A stretch of 64,000 nt of DNA, from positions 40,845 to 104,844 of IMG/VR virus record IMGVR_UViG_3300025916_000008, one strand, 5' to 3'. Below, piece by piece: positions 1 through 9,241 of the stretch; position 1 is the stretch's first letter, and the number at the start of each line of letters is the position of its first letter. This stretch comes from a virus. Lineage: Duplodnaviria; Heunggongvirae; Uroviricota; Caudoviricetes. Under the pieces are notes generated by a model, which had not been told where the DNA came from, ran no database searches, and worked only from the letters and a program-made list of their open reading frames with translations. Made by a program: the position numbers and the translations under genes.

Positions 1-78
1 GCCTCTTCCCGGGCCTCACGCGCCTCGCTCAGCACGGGAGAGCCCGGGAAGTACTTCGTGCGCCACCAGAACCGCATG

Positions 79-393
79 TCACCCAAGCTCCTTGACGTCC
101 CGGCCTGCTCCCGGGAACTCGTCGTGCAGGGCGCGGAGGACGTCCCTGGCCGTCTGCCCGGCCAGGACGCCGGCCTCGGCACGAGCGCCGTTGAGTTCTG
201 CCGTCCGCTTCCAGTCATCTCGCTCTGCCTTCACCTCGTCAAGCCTTCCCTTGGGAACGAGCTGCTCGGTCACCAGCAGGACGATGAAGACGATGATCGC
301 CCCGCCGTTCTCCAGCAGCGTGATGAGGTCGCCTGTCGTCACTCGCCTTTCCCCCGTCCCATCGCTCCCGGATAAGGCCGGCGTCTGTCTCAC
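79..393 (-). CDS. hypothetical protein with one hydrophobic segment
   Basis: 104-aa ORF with protein-like composition (IIVFIVLLV segment); overlaps ORF 239-586 in another frame, so boundaries are uncertain. Confidence 0.3.
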   Translation of the reverse strand: MRQTPALSGSDGTGERRVTTGDLITLLENGGAIIVFIVLLVTEQLVPKGRLDEVKAERDDWKRTAELNGARAEAGVLAGQTARDVLRALHDEFPGAGRDVKELG

Positions 394-586
394 TGCTTCC
401 GGGGTCGACCCAGACGCCTATGCCGCTCCAGGTAACGGCGGGCATCACCTTCCCCATCAGGAGGGCGAGGGTCCTGAGGATCTCGTCCCCTGGAACCCCG
501 TGAGCCTCAAGGAACACCCCCCGCCCCTGGAACGGGTCCTCGGCGGCCATCTCCTCCCGGGAGCGCTCCGTCCACCACGCGGTCAT
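239..586 (-). CDS. hypothetical protein (3' part doubtful)
   Basis: ATG overlaps the stop of the 583-4320 gene (ATGA coupling). The N-terminal ~70 aa are protein-like; the C-terminal Arg/Pro/His-rich tail looks like a wrong frame and overlaps 79-393. Confidence 0.3.
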   Translation of the reverse strand: MTAWWTERSREEMAAEDPFQGRGVFLEAHGVPGDEILRTLALLMGKVMPAVTWSGIGVWVDPGSSETDAGLIRERWDGGKASDDRRPHHAAGERRGDHRLHRPAGDRAARSQGKA

Positions 587-3500
587 GCGAACATCACGTC
601 GTCGTCGTAGTCGTCCAGGCTGATGCCCCGCTTGCCCAGGTCCTCGTCGGCGTCCTCGTAGTGGGTGCCCTCCAGGCGCAGCAGGTCCAGGTTCCGGGCG
701 CGGCTGCCCGCGCCCTCCCGGATCAGCTCCTCTGCCTCGGCCTGGGGCAGCACGTCAGCGGTCTTGGACAGGTGCGCCCGCGCCGCCGCCGCGATGTCCC
801 CGTCGGCTACCGCAGGCCGGGAGTCCCCGGCGTAGCCCCTCGCCGCCGCCGACCGCTGGAAGGCGGCCACGATGTCGTCGATCTGCCCCTGCGGCTGGCC
901 TGCCGGGACGGCCGTCTCGTCAGAGTCGGCCCCGCCGCCGGACCACTGCTGGTTGCCGACCGTCTGGATCGAGGGGTCACCCGGGCTCAGGTACTCGTCC
1001 CCCGACCCCATGCCCGGCTCCTGCCCGACCGGGGACGGCTGCTGCGCCTGCGGCCACGTCTCCCGCGCCAGGTCGCCCATCGGGGTGCCCGCCAGGTGGT
1101 GCAGGTACATCCGGCGCGCCGCGCCGAACTCGCCGAGTGCGGCGATGTCCTCCGCCGCCCCCTGGCCCTGCCCGGTCGCGGCGCTCCCGCCGCCGATCGT
1201 CCCGTCGGCCGCCGCCGTCGCCTCGATCTCCTCGTCCCCGGTCGTCGAGGGGAGGGCGGGCTCCGGCTCGTCGCGCAGCTCGGCGAGCGCGCCGTCAAGC
1301 TGCGGCACGGTGTCCCGGAACGGGTACGGGGTGCCCGAGGCCAGGGCCTCCTCCATCCGGATGCCCTCCGGGTCACGGGGGGTGATAGAGGTCGACGGGC
1401 CGGACGTGTTCGCCCGGTCGGTGTAGCCGAACGAGCCCTGGTCCTCCGGCTGCCATCCCTCCACGGCAGGCCAGTGCAGGTCCCCGGGCACCGGCCTGGG
1501 CGCGCCCGGCACCAGCACCTGGTGGGCGGCTGTGTTGGTCAGCGGCATCTGCATGGCGCTGTCGTCCTGGATGCCGCCCCAGTTGTCCGGGTCCGGCCCG
1601 GACAGGAAGCCGTAAGAGCCTGGGTCCATGTCCCAGTTGCGGGGGGACGTCGCCCCGTACGGCTTCTGGGTGGGGTGCTCTGACACGTTCTGGCTGCCCC
1701 AGGAGGAGTTCGCCTGGTCGGCGGTGGCGCGCAGCCCGGCCATCACCCGGAGCGCGCCGACCGCGCCAGGGTCCGCGCCGGCGCGCAGCAGCGCCACGGT
1801 GGCGCGGTCGGCCGGCGCGAGGCTGCTCCAGTGCGGCGGCAGCGGCTCAAGCGACACGCTGCGCTCCGCGCCAGGGAAGTCCCGGTGCGGCGTGCCTCCG
1901 TACGGGTCGACGGAGAACCCCTGCTCCGGGCGGAAGGCGGCGGGCCAGCGTGTCTCCCCTGCCAGCCCGGACGGCGCGTCGTGCTGGTGGTTGAAGGCGT
2001 GCTCCGTCTTGTTGCGGTGCTCCGCGTCGTGCCAGGCCCGCGCCCAGATGTCTCCCTTGGCCGGGTCGCCCATCCGGGTCAGGGCACGCGCCACCGATCC
2101 GGCGTCCAGCCCGTGATGGCCGATGATGTGCTGCGCCAGGTCCCGTGGCGCGACCGGCGGCACGTACGGCCACCCCTCGCGGTGCGCCAGGTGCGCCAGC
2201 GGGGCGCGCCACTGCTCGCGCCACTGGCCCGCGTGCGGGTCCCCCTCGTACGGCGGGTAGGACTTCACCACCACGGTCTGCGGCGACCAGGCCGGGGCCT
2301 CGGCGTCCGCGCCGAAGGAGCGGCCGAACATGCCCCGGCTCTGCGCCTCGAACTGGAGGGCCATCACGTGGGAGCACGGCCGGCCGGCGTACCGGGCCGC
2401 CGCCGCCTTGTCCTGGTGGAAGCTCGCCCAGGGGCAGCCGCAGGCCCAGTACTGGATCGTCATCCTCTTGCCGACCGGGCGCTGGATGCCGCTCTCGTAG
2501 GTGTCGTGGTCGCCCCGCACCTCGCCGATCACCATCCCCGCCGAGGCATGGGTGATCCGGACGTGGCCCTCGGCCCTGATCCGCTTCGCCTTCGCCACCA
2601 CGTCGTGCCAGGCGGCGGTGAACTCGAACCGGAAGGCGGGGCTCCCGGCGGCGGCGGTGAACATCGCCAGCGCGGCGTCCTTGGAGAACGGGGTGTCGTC
2701 GTCGTCCGGCTGGTCCCCGTCGTCCGGGTCGTCCCCCTGGTCCCCGCCCCCGCCGCTGTCCCCGTCGCCGGGAGAGAACGGGCCGGGTGCGGGAGCGCCG
2801 CGCTTCACCTTGCCGTCGTCCGACCCCTGGGTGTAGGCGCGGCCCGTCTCGCTGACGTCGGCCCCGGCCTGCGGCCAGTTGTCCGGGTGTCCGGGATCGT
2901 CCGGGGACAGTCCGGGATCGTCCGGATTCTTCCGGCCGTCCGGCGGAGTGACCGGCGGAGTGACCGGCAGCCCGCCCCCGCTGGCCTGGCCAGACGTGAT
3001 TTCCGGGCCGTTCTTGTCCGCCGGGTTGTCCGGCGCGTTGTCCGGAGTTGTCCGGGAATTGTCCAGCGAGTTGTCCGGGTCATCGTGCTCGTGCTGCTGC
3101 GGCTGCGGGTCCGGGCCGTCGTCGTCGTGGTCGTGCTTCAGCTCCTGGCCGTCGATCCGCACGTGCACGTTGAGCGCGGCGTCCCGGTGCACGCGCGGGA
3201 AGCCGTCATCGCCCTCGACCCCGCCCTGGTCGATCTCGCTGTCGTCGTCGTCATGCGGGTGAGGCAGGTCGAGCGCGGCCTCCGCCTCCCCCAGGCGCTC
3301 GCCCGGTTCCTCGTGGACGACGTGCTCTCCCGGCCCGAGCAGCGGGAAGTCGGCGGAGTTCACGAAGTCACCCCAGGTGCTGCTCGGCGGGCTCTCCTGC
3401 CAGGTGTGGAGGGTGCCGCGCTCCTTGTCGGTCCACGGCACCCGGGCTTCGTGGCGGGAGGCGATAAAGTCGTGATAGCCACCGTTACCCCCGTGGTCTT

Positions 3501-4320
3501 CCCAGTCGGGGTCAAACTCGTAGTCCTCCGGGTGATAGTGGTCGGCGCTGCCCTCGAAGTGCTCTTGCGAGTGCCGGTGGGGCAGCGAGATGCGCCAGAA
3601 GTCATTAGGAACGGAAGATCCGCTATACCCGTGCTCCTCCGCCATGTGATGGTGCAGCTCGGCGTAGTCCTCATCGCTTATCGCAGCAGTGAACGCCCCG
3701 ATCGGCAGTCCCGGCCCGTTGCCGCTGGAGATCCCCTCGGGGTACATCCCGACGGTGGCGGCGTTCTCGTTCTCCTTGTCGCCGCCCTGGTCCTTCGGGA
3801 GGGCCTGGTTCCACCTGTCGTCGCCCTGGCCCTCCTGCGACTCGTCATCGTAGGCGTTCGGGTCCTCGGCTCGGGGGACGGTGCCGTGCTCGGGGGCGTC
3901 GCCGGCGTCGTCCACGTGCGTGCCGTTGATGTCGGTGGCGTGGTGGAGCATGCCGAAGAAGCCCTGCGCCTCCTCGATGGCCGCCAGGCGGGCCAGGACG
4001 GGGCTCTGGCCCATCAGCGGGGGCGGTGCCTCCTCCTGGGGGCCGAGGTTGTCGCGTGCCCACTGCTGCTCTCCCGGCTCCGCCCAGTACATGCCGGTGT
4101 CGCCCTCGCCGCCGTTGTAGTCCCCGTTGCGGGCGTCGTGCTCCGCGTCGTACGCCTCGGCGGCCCGCCGCATCCCGATGACCGTGATCTGGCTGCCGGG
4201 GTCAGGCCGGTCGGTCAGGATGTCGCCCAGCTCGGGGTAGTCGGCGGAGGCAGTGCGGTGCTGCTCCTCCGGGTCCTCGTCGTGCTCCTGGGACAGCCGG
4301 GTTGAGTGCCTCGGGGTCAT
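583..4320 (-). CDS. large (1245 aa) acidic/His-rich protein with SWIM-type zinc finger (CxCx19CxH); possible virion or injected protein
   Basis: Long ORF with an AGGAGG SD upstream of the ATG at 4320. CGC...CSH motif at residues 627-651 (nt ~2368-2442). PDN-type low-complexity repeats at residues 413-440. The antisense ORF 1831-4305 is Arg/Val/Leu-rich, typical of a shadow frame. Confidence 0.6.
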   Translation of the reverse strand: MTPRHSTRLSQEHDEDPEEQHRTASADYPELGDILTDRPDPGSQITVIGMRRAAEAYDAEHDARNGDYNGGEGDTGMYWAEPGEQQWARDNLGPQEEAPPPLMGQSPVLARLAAIEEAQGFFGMLHHATDINGTHVDDAGDAPEHGTVPRAEDPNAYDDESQEGQGDDRWNQALPKDQGGDKENENAATVGMYPEGISSGNGPGLPIGAFTAAISDEDYAELHHHMAEEHGYSGSSVPNDFWRISLPHRHSQEHFEGSADHYHPEDYEFDPDWEDHGGNGGYHDFIASRHEARVPWTDKERGTLHTWQESPPSSTWGDFVNSADFPLLGPGEHVVHEEPGERLGEAEAALDLPHPHDDDDSEIDQGGVEGDDGFPRVHRDAALNVHVRIDGQELKHDHDDDGPDPQPQQHEHDDPDNSLDNSRTTPDNAPDNPADKNGPEITSGQASGGGLPVTPPVTPPDGRKNPDDPGLSPDDPGHPDNWPQAGADVSETGRAYTQGSDDGKVKRGAPAPGPFSPGDGDSGGGGDQGDDPDDGDQPDDDDTPFSKDAALAMFTAAAGSPAFRFEFTAAWHDVVAKAKRIRAEGHVRITHASAGMVIGEVRGDHDTYESGIQRPVGKRMTIQYWACGCPWASFHQDKAAAARYAGRPCSHVMALQFEAQSRGMFGRSFGADAEAPAWSPQTVVVKSYPPYEGDPHAGQWREQWRAPLAHLAHREGWPYVPPVAPRDLAQHIIGHHGLDAGSVARALTRMGDPAKGDIWARAWHDAEHRNKTEHAFNHQHDAPSGLAGETRWPAAFRPEQGFSVDPYGGTPHRDFPGAERSVSLEPLPPHWSSLAPADRATVALLRAGADPGAVGALRVMAGLRATADQANSSWGSQNVSEHPTQKPYGATSPRNWDMDPGSYGFLSGPDPDNWGGIQDDSAMQMPLTNTAAHQVLVPGAPRPVPGDLHWPAVEGWQPEDQGSFGYTDRANTSGPSTSITPRDPEGIRMEEALASGTPYPFRDTVPQLDGALAELRDEPEPALPSTTGDEEIEATAAADGTIGGGSAATGQGQGAAEDIAALGEFGAARRMYLHHLAGTPMGDLARETWPQAQQPSPVGQEPGMGSGDEYLSPGDPSIQTVGNQQWSGGGADSDETAVPAGQPQGQIDDIVAAFQRSAAARGYAGDSRPAVADGDIAAAARAHLSKTADVLPQAEAEELIREGAGSRARNLDLLRLEGTHYEDADEDLGKRGISLDDYDDDVMFA
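3000..3084 (-). repeat. short periodic repeat (ttgtccgg every ~11 nt) inside the 1245-aa gene
   Basis: Encodes a PDN/DNS low-complexity segment; an adjacent direct repeat of ggcggagtgaccggc encodes PVTPPVTPP. Confidence 0.5.
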
Positions 4321-4366
4321 GACGCCTCCTCAACCCTTCCCCGGTTCCCCAGGAAAGCATTGCTTA

Positions 4367-4385
4367 AATACAGGATTTCTTGATA
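4367..4385 (+). promoter_or_regulatory. 19-bp motif copy (aatacaggatttcttgata)
   Basis: 15 of 19 match to the consensus AATACAGCTTTTCTTGATA; 50 nt upstream of the 4435 ATG. Confidence 0.6.
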
Positions 4386-4434
4386 TTGTCTTGGCACGAA
4401 GACTTGCCTGTAACCCCGAGCCAGACGAGGAGCA

Positions 4435-4695
4435 GTGATCATGCCGCACCTGATGGGCCAGGTCCTGCCGCGCGACCTGAAGCCGGGCGACGAGATCATC
4501 CGCCCCTACGGCTCCAGCCCGGAGCGCGTGAGGCTGGTGGTCAAGCGCACCCAGAGGACGCACGGCGTTATCCGGGCCGGCCACGTCACCCGGTACAAGG
4601 TGATCACCGACCGCGCCGAGCACAACCGCTTCTGGGTCGCCCCGCACGTAAGGATCGATATCTGCCTCACCCACAAGAGGCCGGAGGAGTCATGA
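4435..4695 (+). CDS. hypothetical protein
   Basis: 86-aa ORF with a GAGGAG SD; its stop overlaps the ATG of the next gene (ATGA). Confidence 0.5.
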   Translation: MIMPHLMGQVLPRDLKPGDEIIRPYGSSPERVRLVVKRTQRTHGVIRAGHVTRYKVITDRAEHNRFWVAPHVRIDICLTHKRPEES

Positions 4696-5021
4696 GCGAG
4701 CCGCTGAAGCTAAGGATCTACATCAGGTTGATCGGCACCGATGAGCACCGGCTGCTCCGGGATGCCATCGCCGAGGCCCCCGCCGGCCACGTCACCTACG
4801 TTGACTCGCCAGAGGGCCAGGCAGCGATCGTCCCCGTGCAGGCCGCCCAGTGGTGGGAGGCATACCTCGCGGGGCTGTGCGCCATGTGCGGCCAGGGATC
4901 GCACGCTCACTGCTCCCGGTATTCCGGCACCGAGTGCAACTGCCTGAACACCGACGTCCACCATGAGATCGAGATGGAGCGGGCGGCCCGTGCCGGGCTG
5001 CTGAGCAGGAGGCATCGGTGA
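4692..5021 (+). CDS. hypothetical Cys/His-rich protein
   Basis: ATG at 4692 (residue 105 of ORF 4380-5021) coupled to the upstream stop; CAMCGQGSHAHCSRYSGTECNC cluster. Confidence 0.5.
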   Translation: MSEPLKLRIYIRLIGTDEHRLLRDAIAEAPAGHVTYVDSPEGQAAIVPVQAAQWWEAYLAGLCAMCGQGSHAHCSRYSGTECNCLNTDVHHEIEMERAARAGLLSRRHR

Positions 5022-5251
5022 CCCGGCAGTTTGAGTGGCCGCCTCTCACGGAGGAGGGCGACCGGGTGCGCAAGCACCTGATCACCGAGCACGGCGAGCT
5101 TGAGGCGGACGAGCTGAGCGATGTCCTGGCCTTCGCCGAGCACTACTCCCAGCATTTCTCCCCGGACGGGGGGATCACCCCGGCGAAGGGGACGCAGGAG
5201 CACTCATTCGCCGACCTGTCCTACAACGCGGACCTGGACGAGGAGGCGTAG
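5018..5251 (+). CDS. hypothetical acidic protein
   Basis: 77-aa ORF; its GTG start overlaps the previous stop (GTGA). Confidence 0.45.
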   Translation: MTRQFEWPPLTEEGDRVRKHLITEHGELEADELSDVLAFAEHYSQHFSPDGGITPAKGTQEHSFADLSYNADLDEEA

Positions 5252-5255
5252 GCCG

Positions 5256-5672
5256 GTGCCTTACGCGATTGCCGGCGTGGTCGTCTTCGTCCTGCTCGTG
5301 GCCGGGGGCGTCGAGCTTGACGACCTTATGCACGAGTACCCCGGCCAGTTCTACATGGGCGTCTTCGCCACACTGTTCATCGCCGTGGGCTGCGGCACCG
5401 CGCTGCTGCGCAGGGCCGCCAGGGGCGGGCACCAGGTGCCGCTCGTACGGGAGCTGCCTCCCCTGCCGAAGGCGATCCAGGCGGTGCCGGTCATGACCGC
5501 CGCCGCCGTGACGGCGGGGCCGCAGGAAGAGGTGGAGTGCGAGCGCCAGGACTGCGACCACAGGGTGGTCCCCAAGGCAGCCTGGGGCGTCCGGCTGGAG
5601 GGCGAGGCGAGGGAGCACCTGTTCTGCTCGGAGTGGTGCGCCCAGGCGTGGGACTCCGCCAGGGTGTCCTAG
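5256..5672 (+). CDS. membrane protein with C-terminal Cys cluster
   Basis: GTG at 5256 (residue 46 of ORF 5121-5672) 8 nt after a GGAGG; two hydrophobic helices; C-terminal ECERQDCDH...CSEWC. Its stop overlaps the stop of the convergent fibre gene. Confidence 0.5.
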   Translation: MPYAIAGVVVFVLLVAGGVELDDLMHEYPGQFYMGVFATLFIAVGCGTALLRRAARGGHQVPLVRELPPLPKAIQAVPVMTAAAVTAGPQEEVECERQDCDHRVVPKAAWGVRLEGEAREHLFCSEWCAQAWDSARVS

Positions 5673-8600
5673 CCGGGCGCTCCCGCGTAGACGCGGCGCT
5701 GTGCCTCCTGGAAGGCGGTGTAGGCGAGGTCGGCGTCGCGCTCGGCGTCGTAGGCCTGGGCGTAGAGGAAGCCCGCCGACCCGTCGGTGCCGCCGGCCTG
5801 CCGCATCATCTTGTAGTTCGACAGCTTCTGGTCGGCGATGATCTTCAGTGCCAGGTAGGAGGACCAGAGAGCCTCAAGGTCCGGGCCGGCCGTCGCCGAC
5901 GCGGCGAGCAGCGGCGTGCCGGACAGCGCGGCCTGGCCGAACCGGGTGAACGCGGTGGCGTACAGCACCGGGAGCGCGTGCAGGGAGGCCGCCCCCTGGA
6001 TGGGGATTTCCCCGGCGGCCGTCATCGTGCCCGGCGCGGCCAGGTGAGCTGTCCCGTTCTTCCCACGGGTCCCCTGGGCGTGCAGGATCGCGGCGGCAAG
6101 CAGCCCGGCAGTGAAGTGGAGGACACGGTGGCCGGCGGGGTGAAGCGCCCCCGAGCCGGACAGCGCGGCCGTGCCGGGCACCGTCCGGACGTGCCCGGCG
6201 AAGATCGTCCCGGACCCGGAGAGCGGCGCGACGGGGTTCTTGGCGACGGAGGGGGTGCCGCCGAAGGTCCCGATCCCCGACAGGGAGGCACCGGACGGGA
6301 TGTTCTTCCGGGAGACGGCGGCCAGGGTGCCCGACCCTGACAGCGGGGCGTGGCCCTCGTGCCCGATGACGGCGGCGGAAGCAAGGGAGCCGGGTGCCGA
6401 CATGGCGGCGGACGCGGCGTGCCCGTGGACCGGCGGGGCGGTCAGGGTCCCGGACCCGGAGAAGGCGACGACGCCCGGGACGAACTTCCTGCCGGCGGCG
6501 GTGAAGGTGCCGGACCCCGACAGCGGGGCGAACCCCGCGAAGGTCATGATGAAGACGGCCGTGAGGGAGCCCGAGCCCGACAGCGCCGCTGCACCGGGCG
6601 AGATGACCAGCGCAGCGCCCCCGATGGACCCCGAGCCCGACATCGCTGCGGTACCCGGGACCAGCTTCTGGCCGGTGCCGGAGGCGGTGCCCGAGCCGGA
6701 CAGGGAGACGGCGGCCTGGACCAGCACCAGGGCCTGGCCGCTGAGGGTCCCTGAGCCGTCCAGGGCGATGACGCGCGAGAAGGCGACCAGGGCGGCTGCG
6801 GTGATGGTGCCCTGGCCGTCGAGGGGAGCGGCCCCGGGGACCAGCTTCTGGCCCGCTGCGGTGAACGTGCCGGAGCCGTTAAGTGCCGCCGCGCCTGATA
6901 TGAACCCGCCCTCGACTGCCGTGATGCTGCCGGAGCCGTCCAGGGCTGCGGCACCGGGAACCGTCTTCTGCCCTGTGGCGGTGAAGCTCCCGGACCCCGA
7001 CAGGACGGCGGTGCCGCCCGGGATGATGATCGTCGGCGGTGCCGTCAGGGTGCCCGAGCCGGACATCGCCGACGCGCCCGGGACCTGCTTCTGCCCGGTC
7101 GCGGTGACCGTCCCCTGGCCGTCGAGGGCCGCCGCGCCGGGGACGCTCTTCTGGCCCGTTGAGGTGATGACGCCCGAGCCCGACATGGAGGACGCGCCGG
7201 GCACCTGCTTCTGCCCGGTCGCGGTGAAAGTGCCCGAGCCGGACATCGAGGACGCAGCCGGGACGATGACCGTCGGGGGTGCCGTGACGGTTCCGGAGCC
7301 GGAGAGGGCGGCTGCTCCGGGAACCTGCTTCTGGGCGGTGGCCGCGATGGTCCCCGAGCCCGACAGGGAGGCGGCCCCGGCGAGCACCCCGGCGGCGGTG
7401 AGCGTCCCCGAGCCCGACATCGCTGCGGTACCCGGGACCAGCTTCTGGCCGGTCGCGGTGAACGTCCCCGAGCCGGACAGGGCGGCCGAGCCGAAGGCGA
7501 AGATGGCGAAGGACCCGGTGAATGTCCCGATACCCGACAGGGAGGACGAGCCGGGAACCTGCTTCTGGGCGGTGGCAGTGATCGTGCCGGAGCCCGTGAG
7601 GGCTGCCGATCCCGCCAGGACCCCGGCAGCGGTGAAAGTGCCCGAGCCGGACATCGCCGACGCGCCGGGGACAGTCTTCTGGCCCGTAGCCGTGAAGGTG
7701 CCGGACCCTGCCAGGGCGGCGCTGCCCGCGAAGACCCCGGCCGCCGTGATAGTCCCTGACCCGGTGAGGGCGGCAGCACCGGGCACCGTCTTCTGGCCGG
7801 CGGCGGTGATAGCACCCGAGCCTGACAGGGAGGCCGTGCCGGCGTGCGTGACGGTTGCCTTGAACGTCGCGGCGACGGCAGTGTAGTCGGCGGCCGTCGT
7901 CTGCGTCCCGGAGTAGGTGACAGCCCCCGTGCTGGTCAGCACCTGGTAGCCGGCGACCAGGCCCATGACCCCGCCGGGCGAGTTCTGCTGCGCCAGGTTG
8001 AACCACGGGCTCGACGGCCCGCTGATCGTGCCGATGGACGGGCTGGCGAAGGCCCCCACCGCCCCGATGGCGACCTCGGAGGCCTGGGTGGTCGCCGCCG
8101 TCGCCCCGGAGGACCAGGAGGTAACCGTGGTGTCGCTGATCCCGCTGGAGGTCTTGTCGGGGGTAGCGGTGTTGGCCAAGCCGAACCACTCCATGACCGT
8201 GACCATGAGGGCGGCCCCGGTGCCCGAGGACGTGAAGGTAATGGAGAGCGCCGTCTGGCCGCCGGCGCAGTTGGGGTCAGCCCAGATCGCCGTCGTCATG
8301 AAATCAGAGGAGACGTTCCCGGCGGTGAGCGACTGCGCGAAGTTGTCGGCGCTGCCGCCGAGGGTGATCCCGGTGACGCTCGGGTTGTTGGTGCCCGCGT
8401 CCCCGGTGACGCACACGATCAGGCAGTTGCCGGAGGTCGTCGTCCAGGGCAGGGTTATGGATACCGGCGATGCAGCGCCGTTGCCCGTCACCGACTGGAC
8501 GAGCGACGGCTTCCCCTGGATGCCCCCGGTCGCCCTGATCGTGCCGGAGCCCGACAGGGAGGCGGTACCGCTGTGAGTGGTGCCCACGGCTTTGAACGTG

Positions 8601-9241
8601 GCGATGAGGGCCGCACCGTCAGATGACGAGGCGAACGTTCCCGCGTAGGACGGCGTGCCCGTCGCGGAAAGCACGTTGTAGCCGACGAGCAGGCCCACGT
8701 GCGTGCTGGCGCTGGTGACCTGGGTGAGGTTGGTCCACGGGGACGACGGCCCGGTGATGGTCCCGACGCCGCTGCCGTTGAAGGTGCCGACCGCGCCGAT
8801 CGCGACCTCGGACGCCTGGGTGGTCGTTGCCGTGGTACCCGACGACCAGGAGGTGATAGCCGATGCGACGTTCCCGGCTGTCTTATCCACGGGCGTCGTG
8901 GTGGCGATCCCCGACCATTCCATGACGATCACGTCGACCGACCCGGAGGCGGCGCTGACCGTGACCACGACGGAGGTCTGCCCGCCGGCGCAGTTCGGGT
9001 CGGACCAGAGGTACACCGACTCGCTGTCAACGGACGGGTTCCCGGCCGTGGCCGACTGCGCGAAGTTGCCGGCCGAGCCGCCGAGGGTGATCCCGCTGAC
9101 CGTGGGGTTCGTCGGAGACGACGAGGTGACGACGGCAACGACCAGGCAGTTACCTGCCGTCGTGCTCGACGTCAGGGTAACGGTCACCGTTGTCACGGAG
9201 GCCGCTGTCGCTGACTTCGACTGGACAAGCGACGGGGCCAC
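5669..9241 (-). CDS. tail-fibre-like repeat protein (structural, putative receptor-binding)
   Basis: 1190 aa with AGGAGGGAGG SD before the GTG at 9241. Two similar ~230-aa N-terminal domains. About 25 tandem 19-aa repeats (GSGTxTAxGQKxVPGxAAL). The internal + ORF 6171-7886 is the antisense shadow of the repeats, with third codon positions coinciding. Confidence 0.55.
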   Translation of the reverse strand: MAPSLVQSKSATAASVTTVTVTLTSSTTAGNCLVVAVVTSSSPTNPTVSGITLGGSAGNFAQSATAGNPSVDSESVYLWSDPNCAGGQTSVVVTVSAASGSVDVIVMEWSGIATTTPVDKTAGNVASAITSWSSGTTATTTQASEVAIGAVGTFNGSGVGTITGPSSPWTNLTQVTSASTHVGLLVGYNVLSATGTPSYAGTFASSSDGAALIATFKAVGTTHSGTASLSGSGTIRATGGIQGKPSLVQSVTGNGAASPVSITLPWTTTSGNCLIVCVTGDAGTNNPSVTGITLGGSADNFAQSLTAGNVSSDFMTTAIWADPNCAGGQTALSITFTSSGTGAALMVTVMEWFGLANTATPDKTSSGISDTTVTSWSSGATAATTQASEVAIGAVGAFASPSIGTISGPSSPWFNLAQQNSPGGVMGLVAGYQVLTSTGAVTYSGTQTTAADYTAVAATFKATVTHAGTASLSGSGAITAAGQKTVPGAAALTGSGTITAAGVFAGSAALAGSGTFTATGQKTVPGASAMSGSGTFTAAGVLAGSAALTGSGTITATAQKQVPGSSSLSGIGTFTGSFAIFAFGSAALSGSGTFTATGQKLVPGTAAMSGSGTLTAAGVLAGAASLSGSGTIAATAQKQVPGAAALSGSGTVTAPPTVIVPAASSMSGSGTFTATGQKQVPGASSMSGSGVITSTGQKSVPGAAALDGQGTVTATGQKQVPGASAMSGSGTLTAPPTIIIPGGTAVLSGSGSFTATGQKTVPGAAALDGSGSITAVEGGFISGAAALNGSGTFTAAGQKLVPGAAPLDGQGTITAAALVAFSRVIALDGSGTLSGQALVLVQAAVSLSGSGTASGTGQKLVPGTAAMSGSGSIGGAALVISPGAAALSGSGSLTAVFIMTFAGFAPLSGSGTFTAAGRKFVPGVVAFSGSGTLTAPPVHGHAASAAMSAPGSLASAAVIGHEGHAPLSGSGTLAAVSRKNIPSGASLSGIGTFGGTPSVAKNPVAPLSGSGTIFAGHVRTVPGTAALSGSGALHPAGHRVLHFTAGLLAAAILHAQGTRGKNGTAHLAAPGTMTAAGEIPIQGAASLHALPVLYATAFTRFGQAALSGTPLLAASATAGPDLEALWSSYLALKIIADQKLSNYKMMRQAGGTDGSAGFLYAQAYDAERDADLAYTAFQEAQRRVYAGAPG
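6100..7830 (-). repeat. in-frame tandem 57-bp repeat array inside fibre gene (~25 units)
   Basis: Protein-level 19-aa repeats; exact DNA duplicates of at least 45 bp, e.g. cgagcccgacatcgctgcggtacccgggaccagcttctggccggt, occur near 6640 and 7420. Confidence 0.6.

Noticed and set aside
1831-4305. 824-aa plus-strand ORF opposite the 1245-aa gene
   Set aside because: Arg/Val/Leu/Gly-rich composition is typical of the antisense shadow frame in high-GC DNA, and it has no SD or coupling context.
4388-4404. TGGCACG-N6-TTGC resembling a sigma-54 -24/-12 element
   Set aside because: The spacing is one nucleotide too long, and sigma-54 is not expected in actinobacteria or their phages.
6171-7886. 571-aa plus-strand ORF with VPEPD...PGT periodicity inside the fibre gene
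   Set aside because: It is the antisense reading of the tandem repeats, with third codon positions coinciding with the minus-strand gene. It lies wholly inside a longer minus ORF that has domain-like non-repeat termini and operon context.
5669-9241. Diversity-generating retroelement targeting the repeat-rich fibre gene
   Set aside because: No reverse transcriptase gene and no template-repeat/variable-repeat pair with adenine-specific mismatches were seen in the window.
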